From positions 62,242 through 126,241 of the IMG/VR virus record IMGVR_UViG_3300023179_000030: a stretch of 64,000 nucleotides of DNA. One strand, 5' to 3'. Positions 19,490 to 31,400 of this stretch are shown here, one piece after another (position 1 is the stretch's first letter; each line of letters starts with the position of its first letter). This stretch comes from a virus. A model generated the notes under the pieces. The model saw only the letters and a program-made list of their open reading frames with translations. It ran no database searches and had not been told where the DNA came from. Both the position numbers and the translations under genes were made by a program.

Positions 19490-22400
19490 ATGCCAACTAC
19501 TAAAACATCACCACTACTGCCATCGGTCTTTCAGACTGTAACAAACCAAAAGTTCTTAAATGCAACCCTGGATCAGCTGGTTACTGAACCCAATTTAAAA
19601 CCACTAAACGGTTATGTTGGTAGGAAATTTGCTCCGGGTTTCTCCAGCATTTCGGACTATGTGCGTGAACCAGATGCTGCTCGAGCAGATTACCAATTAG
19701 AACCCAGCGTTGTGGTCAAAAATACCAATACCGCAGAGGTTGAGTTTCACGTAACCTACCCTGAAGTATTGCAGAAAATAAATTATTATGGGGGTAATAT
19801 AGCAAACCCTGGTCACCTATGGTCCAGCGAATATTATAGCTATACCCCTCACATAAATTTAGACGCATTTATAAATTTTGGTCAATATTATTGGTTGCCC
19901 AATGGGCCAGATTCCGTGCCTGTTATAAGTAACCTAGTAGAATTAGAAAAAACATTTTATGTATATCCTGATTCAGGCCTGTCCACATATAATCTAAGTG
20001 GATTTGGTACAATATCCAATCCCGACTTGGTATTGACACGTGGTGGAACCTATAAATTCATTGTCAATCAAACAGGCAAACCTTTTTGGATACAAAGTGA
20101 TCCTGGAATTTCTGGCTTGCAAACGTCTAGTAATAACTTATCTAGTAGAGAAATATTGGGAGTTACAAATAATGGAGAAGATGCAGGCACAGTGACTTTT
20201 ACTGTTCCAGATAAAACAGCCCAGGATGTTTATATCTCCTTGCCTGTTGTGGATAGCATTGACCTAGTAACTACATTGAAGTATTCTCAGATACAGGGCC
20301 AATTACTTAGTACTTTAAACACTACTTATGGTGGCATTGATGGGCAAACTTCTAATTTGAATAATAAGTTGATGGTATTTGGTACTTATTATGCAAATTC
20401 TTCAGACTGGACAGCAAACAGTATAACTGTTCCAATTAATCAGAGATATGACATCTGGAGAATTCAATTGACACCTGTGGGCAGCGATTTTACCGTATCA
20501 TTAGTATACGTTCAAGATATTCCCATGGTCAATAAAGTAATAGTACAATCAGGCAATACTTATGCAAATACTCAGTGGTTTAAAAACGGCAGCGAGTATC
20601 TTGAAATAGTTCCCAATATAACTGCAAATTTAGATACACTATATTACCAAGATGGTGTTAACCCTGGTCAATTTGGTGTAATAAAAATAGTTGATGCAGG
20701 CGCTAACATATTAAATGTTACAACTGAAATTCTGGGCAAGCAAAACTACATTAGTCCCAATGGCATAAAATTTACCAATGGTTTGAAGGTTAAATTTGAT
20801 TCAGATGTGATCCCTGCAAAATATCAAAATTCGGAATTTTATGTTGAGGGGGTGGGGGACGCCATTACCTTAACTGCGGTCAATGATTTGATAGTTTCTT
20901 TCTCTGGGTCAAGGTCGAATTTTGACCCAACGTCGCGCTTCTTGCAAGCTGCCACCAGTGCAAATTTGAATACTACTAAAACTGAACTAGTGATAACTAC
21001 TACCGATGTACCAGATGGCACTTCGGTTAAACATGGAGTATTCCCCAATACATCTAATACAAATTATATTGTTGAACAAACCTTGGTGTTAACTTACCCA
21101 TATCGTGGTGGGCTAAATTCTATTGGGGAGCATACCAGCACCACCTTGACTTCTGACCCAATTGGTGTCACAGTACCAGGCATTTTAATAAATGGTGTCA
21201 GCAATCAATGGTATGTGCCGGGCCAAAATGGCAGCACATGGCATTATGATGCCGAACAAGTTTTAATAAACGGTGAAGATATCTATGGCGGATCTACCGG
21301 TGACGCTGGTGATTATCATTATAGAAGCAGTAAATTTATAACAGCCAATGCTTGGGGTAGTTTAACTGGATTTACCAGTGGTTACACTGAAACAGATGGC
21401 CACAGTAAGTTAATTGGTTTTGCGGCAGACGGATATCCTATATATGGGCCATATGGATATGCCAATGCCAATAGTTCATTGGGTGGTGTAACGAGAATGA
21501 CTAGTTCATACACTGCATCAAATACTGGTGCTTACCGGCCAGTTAGTAAAACCGTTACGGTTACCACTGGAACTACAGGAAATATAATAGTTGTTTCCAG
21601 CACCGTGGGTCTGAATCCCGGCATGCGTATCACAATCAATGATGCAGGTATAACCTCTGGCTCAGTCTGGATACTTAACAATGGGTTGCATACCGCTGTG
21701 GGCCCCAGCTTGTTTACAGCAGGTGCCACACAAGTGTTATTGAGTTCAAACGTCACTGTTACAGCAGGTGCATCATTGACTTTTGAATTTCTGGCCGGTG
21801 CATTTATAGAGGATTATACTTATGTACCGGGCTCGGGTACTCTGGACCAATTCAATGGTAGATACGGAGTAACACCAGACTTTCCCAATAAAACATATGC
21901 TTACTTTGCTACAGTTGATACACTGGGCAATCCTGTATATCCATATTTTGTTGGGCAATCTTTTTATGGGAGTTTAGAGGCAGATATAAACACAAGTTTA
22001 TTAGAACCTGACTATATAATTTCTAATAGGTCAAGCACAGATTTGAATCCCTGGAGCAGACGTAACCGTTGGTTCCACAGCGATGTTATCTCAATTTCCA
22101 ATCAATACAATAAAACTACTGCAATACTGGATCAAAACTACAGAGCCAAACGGCCAATTATTGAATTCAATCCAAATCTACAGATGTACGATTTTGGAAA
22201 ACGTGGTCTTGCCCCAGTGGATTTATTTGACACCACAATAACTCAGCCATTTATTGATATAGAAGGTGCCTCTAGTTATTATATAGATGATATTAACTTA
22301 TTCGATGGCATGCGAATTATTTTTGCAGCCGATGCCGACCCACTGACCAGAGGTAAAATTTGGGTAGTTAATTTCATTGATGTAGTGGGAACCTCTACAT

Positions 22401-25400
22401 CAGACCCAACTATAATACATTTAACTCTGGCCGACGACGGAGATGTACAGGATAATGACACTGTCAGTGTGTTCAATGGCTCTAACAATGGTAAAAGCTT
22501 TTGGTATCATGATTCACAGTGGGACGAAGGTCAAGCTAAAACTGGTTTAAACCAGGCGCCTAAATTTGATGTATTTGACAACGAAGGGGTAAGTTTCAGC
22601 GACTTAACCAAGTATCAAATAAACAACAATAGTCTAGCATTTACTGGTACAAAGTTGTTTAGCTACAAGTTGGGCACTGGCAGCGATGATCCGGTCTTGG
22701 GTTTCCCACTGAGCTACAAGAATTTTAATAATATTGGGGATATTTTGTTTGAGAACAATTTTGATGTTGACACGTTCTCCTACAGAGTTAACTCAGTGGA
22801 CTATACCAGCAATGTCAATTTGGGATTTTTGCACCGAAATAACAGTGATTCTACCACTACCAAATTAAATGTTTGGACTACTGTGGTGGAAGACAGCAAG
22901 CAATACCAGGACATATCCTATATCTATGATGGAATAAACAACGAATTTTTGATAGATGTAAGCCCACAACCAACAGCAACCATACCTAATTTAAAAGTCT
23001 ATGTTAATTTTAATTTATTGAAGACTGCTGATTATCAAATTTATAATTTGTCGGGGTCCAATAAAAATATCGCCATAGATAAAACATTAATCAAGGACGG
23101 GGATAAAATAGATATATTGGTCTACAGTGAAGAAATAAGCAAAATTGGCTTCTTTGAAATTCCCAGTAACTTGAACTTAAATGCTCAGAATACAGTATTG
23201 TCCACACCAACATTGGGGGAATTGAGAAACCACATAAGCAAGCTTACACAAAATTCTGTGTTATTTTCAGGCACATACCCTGGCGCAAGTAATCTCAGGG
23301 ATATTAATGTAGAAGCGCAGGGCGGTACGATGCTGCAACAAAGTTCACCAACTAGTTTAGCTTCACTGTTCCTAACTGACGATTCAATGAATTTTGTCAA
23401 TAGTTTAAATTCTGCATCTCAGGAGTACACTAGATTTAAAAATAAATTTATCACTACAGCAAGTCAAAGTAACTTAATAGATTACTCAAACCCAGTGGAC
23501 TCTGTTGACCTAATTATTAAACAGATTAATCAAGTTAAAAACAAATCATTTCCTTGGTTTTACAGTGATATGGTGCCACACGGCGATAACAAAAACACCA
23601 TTACTTATACTGTTTATAATACTTTATTGACTAACTATGAAATAACCAATGTATTTTCTAATACTGAATTAAGTAATCAAGCCTGTTTGGTTTATCTAAA
23701 TGGAATTCAGCTTTTATACGGAATTGATTATACATTTTTAACTACTGGGCCAGGTGTGCAATTGACCAGTCAAGTGTCATTAACAGTGGGAGACGTTATA
23801 ACTATTGTTGAATACAATGACACAGATGGAAATTGGATTCCTGAAACTCCTACAAAATTGGGACTATACCCAAAGTTTACTCCCAAGTTATATGTTGATT
23901 ATACATATCTAACTCCACAAACAATGATACAGGGTCACGATGGTAGTCTAACTCCTGCATTTGGTGATTTCCGTGACGATTTGATTTTAGAATTAGAAAA
24001 AAGAATTTACAACAATATCAAATCTAATTATGATTTTAAGTCATTTAATATATTTGACAGCAAGCCTGGAAAATTCAGAGATACAGGATACAGCCAATCA
24101 GATTTTAATAACATTGTGGCCAAGGGTTACTTGCCCTGGATAGGATTCAATAGATTAGACTATAGCACTAACAGCACCTATGATAGCACAAACGCATTTA
24201 CCTTTAACTATAGCAAAGCGTTAGATGTCATCGACGGTAAACAATTGCCGGGATCATGGCGTGCGTGTTTTGAATATTTCTATGATACTCAACGTCCCAA
24301 TACTAACCCCTGGGAGATGTTGGGTTTCAGTGAGCAACCTGAATGGTGGGAGGAAACCTATGGGCCAGCCCCATATACTTCAGGAAATCTTGATTTGTGG
24401 ACAGATTTGCAAAATGGGTATATTGCCGGAGGCGATCGTGCTGGTATTGATACTAAATTTGCACGACCTGGGTTATTAAGCATTATTCCAGTAAATGAAA
24501 ATGGTCAATTAATACCCCCTCAGGGATTGTTAACGTCCAAATATAATACCAGTGATTTCAATAGAAACTGGGCAGTTGGGCAATACAGCCCCACTGAAAC
24601 TGCTTGGCGAAACTCCAGTGAATATCCGTTTGCGGTGCAATTGATGATGGCGCTTACTCAGCCCGCAAAGTATTTTGCATTAGCTGCAATGCCTGACAAA
24701 TATCGTTATAATTCTGAACTGAAACAGTATTTAAATACTGAAACTAATAGAAGATTAAATCAGTCTGACATCGTAATCAACGGTGATTTTGACTCGGGTA
24801 TAATTTCACGTAGTGCAGGGTATATTAATTGGATTGGGGATTACCTAACTACGCTGGGTATAACATCCAAGGCAAATTTAAAACACTATATCTCTGACTA
24901 TACAATACAGTTGTCATATAGAATGGCGGGATTCAGTGGTAAACAATATCTAAAAGTATTGGCCGAGCAAAATAGCCCTAATAGTATCAATGAATCGATT
25001 TTGATACCTGACAGTGATTTTGATTTAATATTAAACAAGTCTACCCCTGTATCAAATCCTAGATATAGTGCGGTGATAGTGGAAAAAACAGCTACAGGTT
25101 ATAAACTCAGTGGTTACGATAATCGAAACCCTTACTTTACAGTGGTGCAGCCAGCGATTACTGGTGATTATAAAGTTATTGAAGTATTGTCTTCTTCAGT
25201 TAACTACTATACTACCTTTACTAACTATAAAGTAAGTATACCCTATGGTACTGAATTTGCCAATGTACAACAGATTGCTGGGTTTTTGGCAGGATATGAG
25301 AGATATCTAATAGCTCAGGGATTTAGATTTGACTATTATGATTCTGATTTGGGTCAAATTCGCAATTGGGAATTGAGTATAAAAGAATTTATGTTCTGGC

Positions 25401-28400
25401 AGAAGCAGAATTGGCCAGTATCCAGCATACTTGTACTGGGCCCCGCAGCTGATATAATTACTCTATCAAATACAAATGCAGCAGTAGACGAAATAATGAA
25501 TTCATACTATGGCAGCAAAATAATGACTCAAAATTTTGTGGTCTTAGATTCTGACTCCTATAGTGTGTTGCGTGACGGTAACGTTTTTAGGGTTAATCTA
25601 GACACCAAAAACGGCGACCTAATTGCGTTTGCTGATTTTAATTTGGTTCAATACGAACATGTTTTAATTTGCAATAATAAAACTCAATTTAACGATGTTA
25701 TCTACGATCCGGCAATGGGTCAACGACAATTCCGACTAAAATTGGTGGGAGCAAAAACTGGCGGCTGGACTGGTACATTGACCCCTGAGGGTTATATGTA
25801 TAACAAGCCCGGAGTTCCATCATGGAGAGCTGCTACCGACTATTTGCGTGGTGACCTAATAGAATATAAGAATTTTTACTATACAGCTATTGCAGATATA
25901 CCCGGCACAACAGATTTTAACTCCAATAATTGGTTACCTGTGGATAAAAACAAAATTAAATCTGGGTTACTCAACAATTTAGCAACCAATGCAGGCGCGG
26001 CGGTTAATTTTTATGATACTGATATAGTTAATTTAGAATCCAAATTTGATTTGTATAGTTTAGGACTAATAGGGTATAGAAATCGTAGCTATTTAAATGA
26101 CCTTGGGTTAGATGACACCAGTCAAGTTAAATTTTATCAGGGCTTTATTAAAGAAAAAGGCACACTAAATGCCATTGATGCCTTGGGTAAAGTCAGTTTT
26201 ACTGGGCAAGACAGCAATGTTGAGATATCAGAAAAATGGGCATTTAGAGTTGGCAACTATGGCAGTTTGGGTACTAATCAATTTGTAGAAATGGTACTCG
26301 ATGAAAACTACGTTTTAAATAATCCAACTAGTTTAGCGGTACTGAGCAATAATACTGTAGTTTATTCATCAATATATAGTGATGATACTGCCTTGTTCAA
26401 AACTTCTGAATCAAATTGGGCTCCGCCTTTTCTACTGAATCGAAACAGCAATAGTAATCGCAGCGATGATATTCAGACTGCAGGATTTGTGAATATCGAC
26501 GACGTAGACTATACTGTCTTTGATCTTAATGATACCGCATCATTGAGTACGGACATAAGCAACATAGGAGTGGGGTCCATTATATGGGCCGCCAAGGATT
26601 ATACCCAAAAATGGAATGTTTTTAGAGTCAATGAGAATCAAACCAATGTCATTGAGATTTACAATGGGTTAGACAATAAATTGTTGATGGTTACTGATAC
26701 CCCTCACTCTTTAAGTATTGATGATGCAATAGTTATTAATAATGCTGACACATTTAATGGCTTTTATAGAGTGCAGACAGTTGAATCACAGACCACATTT
26801 ACCGTGTTGTATTCTGGGTCTCTGACTGGATTTAGCACTGTGACCTTATTGTGTCCGTTGTATAAATTAAGCAGTCTACGTGTAAAATATGCCAGCGACA
26901 TTACCTCATTGCCAATGTCTACCCCAGGCTGGCAAGATGATGATAAAGTTTGGGTGGGGGAAGATTCATCAACTGTAGAATGGGCAGTGTATAATAAGTC
27001 ATCTCCCTGGGCTGCACAATCTGCACTACCACGTGGCGCAATATATAGCAATGACAAATTTGGTTCTACAGTGGTATTGAGTTTAGATAATAACTTTGCG
27101 GCTGCTGGTGTTCCGGGTTTCAGTTCCAATGTAGGAGCTATTGTAAATTACGTAAGAACTGTGTCTGGAGATCTATTGGAGGACCAAACATTTGTTTCAT
27201 TGGCCAATGCCACAGTGAACATGGGTTCAAGTTTAGCCAATGGTAACAAATATTTAATAACCGGTGCACCAGGCAGCTCAACAAACCGCGGCTATGCATT
27301 TGTGTACAATCGTTCAACTTCTGGTCAATTAACACCATATCAAATTTTGACCACAAGTTCAGCATCCAGTGGAAAATTTGGTTACAGTGTAGCCATAAGT
27401 AAAGATGATCAATGGGCATTTGTTGGATGCCCAGGTACTGATACTGTTGCAGTCTACGGATTTGACTCAACTATAAGCACAGTAACACAGACTATTATTG
27501 CCAATGGTGTACTGACATCTTTCGCCCTGTCATTTACTCCGGCCAGCGCTGAGCTTCTTTATGTGTCGTCATCATTGACTTCTTATGTACCCTATGTTGA
27601 TTATACTATAACAGGCTCCACCATAGTATTTTCTACTGCTCCTGCAGCATCTAGTATTGTGATAAGACAACGAGCCGGCTTTAAGTATTTTACCACAATT
27701 TCCTATTCTGGAACTGGCAGCAATTTTGGCTTTAGTCTAGCATGTTCAACAGAAGGTGCTCAGGTTGTAATAGGTGCGCCATTGGCCACCGTTACGTATA
27801 ATTCAACCCCACTAACTAAGTCAGGCTCAGTTATTGTATATAATAGGTCAGTGGATAATTTTATAGCCATAGCAAATCAAACTATATTTGGCGGCTCTAC
27901 TATATCTTTGACTAATTTTAACAAAGTCTATATAGATGGAGTATTAAAAACTATAGCAGTTGATTATATAATAGCGGCGTCAACTAAAGTGCAATTCAAT
28001 ACTCCGCTGACCGCTGGGCAAGTGGTTACTATTGAAACTAACTCATTCAATCGAATTGGTGAGTACACCCCCAAGGTTCCCACTGCGCTGAGCCAATTTG
28101 GCTACAGTGTTGATATATGTCCAAATAACTGTAGTGTATATATTGGAGCACCATACAAGTCAACTACCAAATATTTTACAGGATCTGCATATAGGTTTTT
28201 AAATCAGGGCAGAGTCTACGGTACTATAACTGGTACTGTTAGTAACCCAACTGTTAACAGTGGAGATTCTATACGTATTAATAATTTTGAAGTGGTCTTC
28301 ACTACAACATCATTGGGATCGGTAGTAAATGCTATCAATGCCACCCTAATACCTGGAGTCACTGCATCAGCAGTAAATGGCTATTTGAAATTAGATAGCA

Positions 28401-31400
28401 TATCAACTTTGTCAGCTGATAAACTTAGGATATTACCTGGTGTTGGCAGTGCGATTACAGATTTAGGATTGAAGACTTTTGTTGAAACTGAGGAAATCTC
28501 AAATCCAACAGGTAATGCCTATGATTACTTTGGCCAAAAGGTAAAAATAAACACCAACAGCGATGTATTGGGTGTGGGTAGTACTGAAGCCACCACAATA
28601 GTGCCAACTACTTTTGACCTAACAACTAAAGTTACCACATTTGATTCCTCATCTACCACATTCAATGATCCTATCCCCAGCGGAGCAGTATGGGTATTGA
28701 GTTATCTCAATGATTCTAGGAATAATATAGATCATGCAGGTAAATTTAGCTTTGTACAACAATTAACATTGTCTGTTCTTAAAGATCTTGGAATAAGTTT
28801 AGCCAACTATGTTAAGTTTGGCAGCGATTTCGCATTTACCAATACTAACTTACTGGTAGGAGCTTCAGCTGAAAATTCTATAGCTACCAACGGTGGCAGA
28901 ATTTATCAGTTTAGCAACAGTGAAGAATTAAAGGGCTGGGACGTAGTTAGATCTCAAACAGACAAAGTTGACATAGATAGCTTAAAGCGAGCATATATCT
29001 ATAACACAGATACACAAACTATTCTTTACAATTTGGATTATATAGATCCAGCCAAGGGAAAGATATTGGGTCAGGCCGAACAGAATATAACCTACAAAAC
29101 AGATTATGATCCGGCATTCTATAATTATTCCGTTAGTTCAAGTGCAACACTTGACCAGCAATTTCATTGGAACAGTACACAAGTTGGACAAGTGTGGTGG
29201 GATCTGTCTACAGTAAAGTACATTGATTATGAGCAAGGTACCAACAGTTATAGAACTGCAAACTGGGGAAGAGTTTTTCCTGGTAGTAGCATCAATGTCT
29301 ATGAATGGGTAGAAAGTTTATACCTACCAAGTTTATATGTAACCAATGGTGGGGACGGTATTCCCAAATACCCCGATGATTCCGCTTATGTATTGATGAC
29401 ACATGTAGATCCTGCAACCAATGTGGTAACACTGCGCTATTATTTCTGGGTCAGCGGCAAAACTTCAGTGAGTTTAGGCCTAGCCAATAGAACTATGCCC
29501 ATTGTGACTATTGCAGATTATATATCTAACCCCAAGAACAGCGGTATCAAGTATTTGGCAGCAATTAAAGATGATGCTGTGGCAGTATACAATGTAGTGG
29601 GACAAACCACAGGAAAAAGCATTATACTACACATAGACTATGCCACAGAGCTTAACTCCAATCTGATTCACAGTGAATATGCTTTATTATCGGAAGTTGG
29701 TACTAACGTATCTTCGATACCAACAAGTTTGTATAAAAAGTTAGTAGATAGTGCCAGTGGTATAGATCTATTTGGAAATACAGTACCAGATCCAGCGCTA
29801 TCAGTGCAAAATAGATATGGTATAAGCGTTAGACCACGACAAAGTATGTTTGTGAACCGAAAACTGGCGTTAAAAGAAATGGTTTCTTACGTCAATACGG
29901 TATTTGCTGAAAACATTATCAGTCAAGGGTTTGATTTAACCAAATTAAGTTCAGGTGAACCAATACCAATGTCTGAGTCTGGTGCTTATGATGTTGAAGT
30001 GCAAACAATTGAAGAACTGGGTTATCTTGACATAACCTCATTGGCCACCGGATATAAAGTTTTAGTGGCTACAGACACTTCAGTTAGTGGATTATGGACC
30101 ATATATACCAAACAGTCATCTAACACTTGGTTGTTAACTCGAAGCCAAAGCTATCGAACCACTGATTACTGGCAATATATAGATTGGTATGCTCCTGGAT
30201 TTGATAAAACCGTACGCCCAGCATATACTGTTAACACACTAGCTGATTTAGCCAATTTAAAATTAGTGGCTCAGGACATTGTCAAGATTAAAAACAATGG
30301 TCAAGGGAAATGGTTATTATTACAAATATTTCCAAATGTAATAAACACCATTGGTATTGAGTCCGGAACGATTGAATTGAAGTCTAATTTGTACAATTTA
30401 TCTAACTATAGTATGGGCTATGGCAATGATAATTTTGATTCGGGCCCATTTGATAAGAATCCCAATTTAGAAATAAGAATTATCATGGAGGCTCTAAGAG
30501 ACGATATCTTTATCAATCAACTCAAAGATAAATTTCTGACTTTATTCTTTGTCTTTATCTATTACATTTTGGACGAGCAAAAATTTGTAGACTGGGTATT
30601 TAAAACCAGTTTTATTGATGTGCTTCATAAAATTAAAGGTCTCGCTCAGCCTCAAATTTATTCCAAAGAAAATCAAGATTATTACAGGCAATACATTGAG
30701 GAAGTTAAACCATATCACACCACGATTCGTGAATATGTGATAGATTATCAGGGAACTGATAACTTTACAGGTTATGTGGGTGACTTTGATGTGCCAGCAT
30801 ATTATGACAACACGTTGCAAATGTATAGAAGTCCCAGCGGTGAATTCCTACAAGACATTGATGCTCTAAACACCGGGTTACAATATAGGGATTGGCTGCT
30901 TTCTTATACTTATAGCATCAGTGAAATAACCATAGCCAATGGTGGATCTGGATATACCTCGGCTCCAACTATAACCATAACTGGCAGTACAATTGGCAAT
31001 GATGCTTTGGCTCGAGCTACAATTAACAATGGGGCTATAACGGGTGTAGAAATATTATACGCTGGGACCAATTATACCTCTCAACCGGTTATAACGGTAA
31101 CCGGAGGCGGTGGATCTGGTGCTGCGCTCTATGCTAGACTTGGTAATTCTACAACACGTAAAATGAAAACAACCTTGGTTTATGACAGATTAACCTATGG
31201 AACTTCAGTCCAGCTTTGGGCAGCAAATACTGCGTTTACACAGGGAAGTTTGGTGTCTTACAATCAAACAGCATATATTGTTGATACTACATTTACCAGT
31301 GGTAGCACATTTAGTGCAGATAATCTCACAGTGTACCCAGCTTACAAGTTGGATAACGCCAACGACAGAATTCAATCCTACTATTCTCCAACTACTGGCC

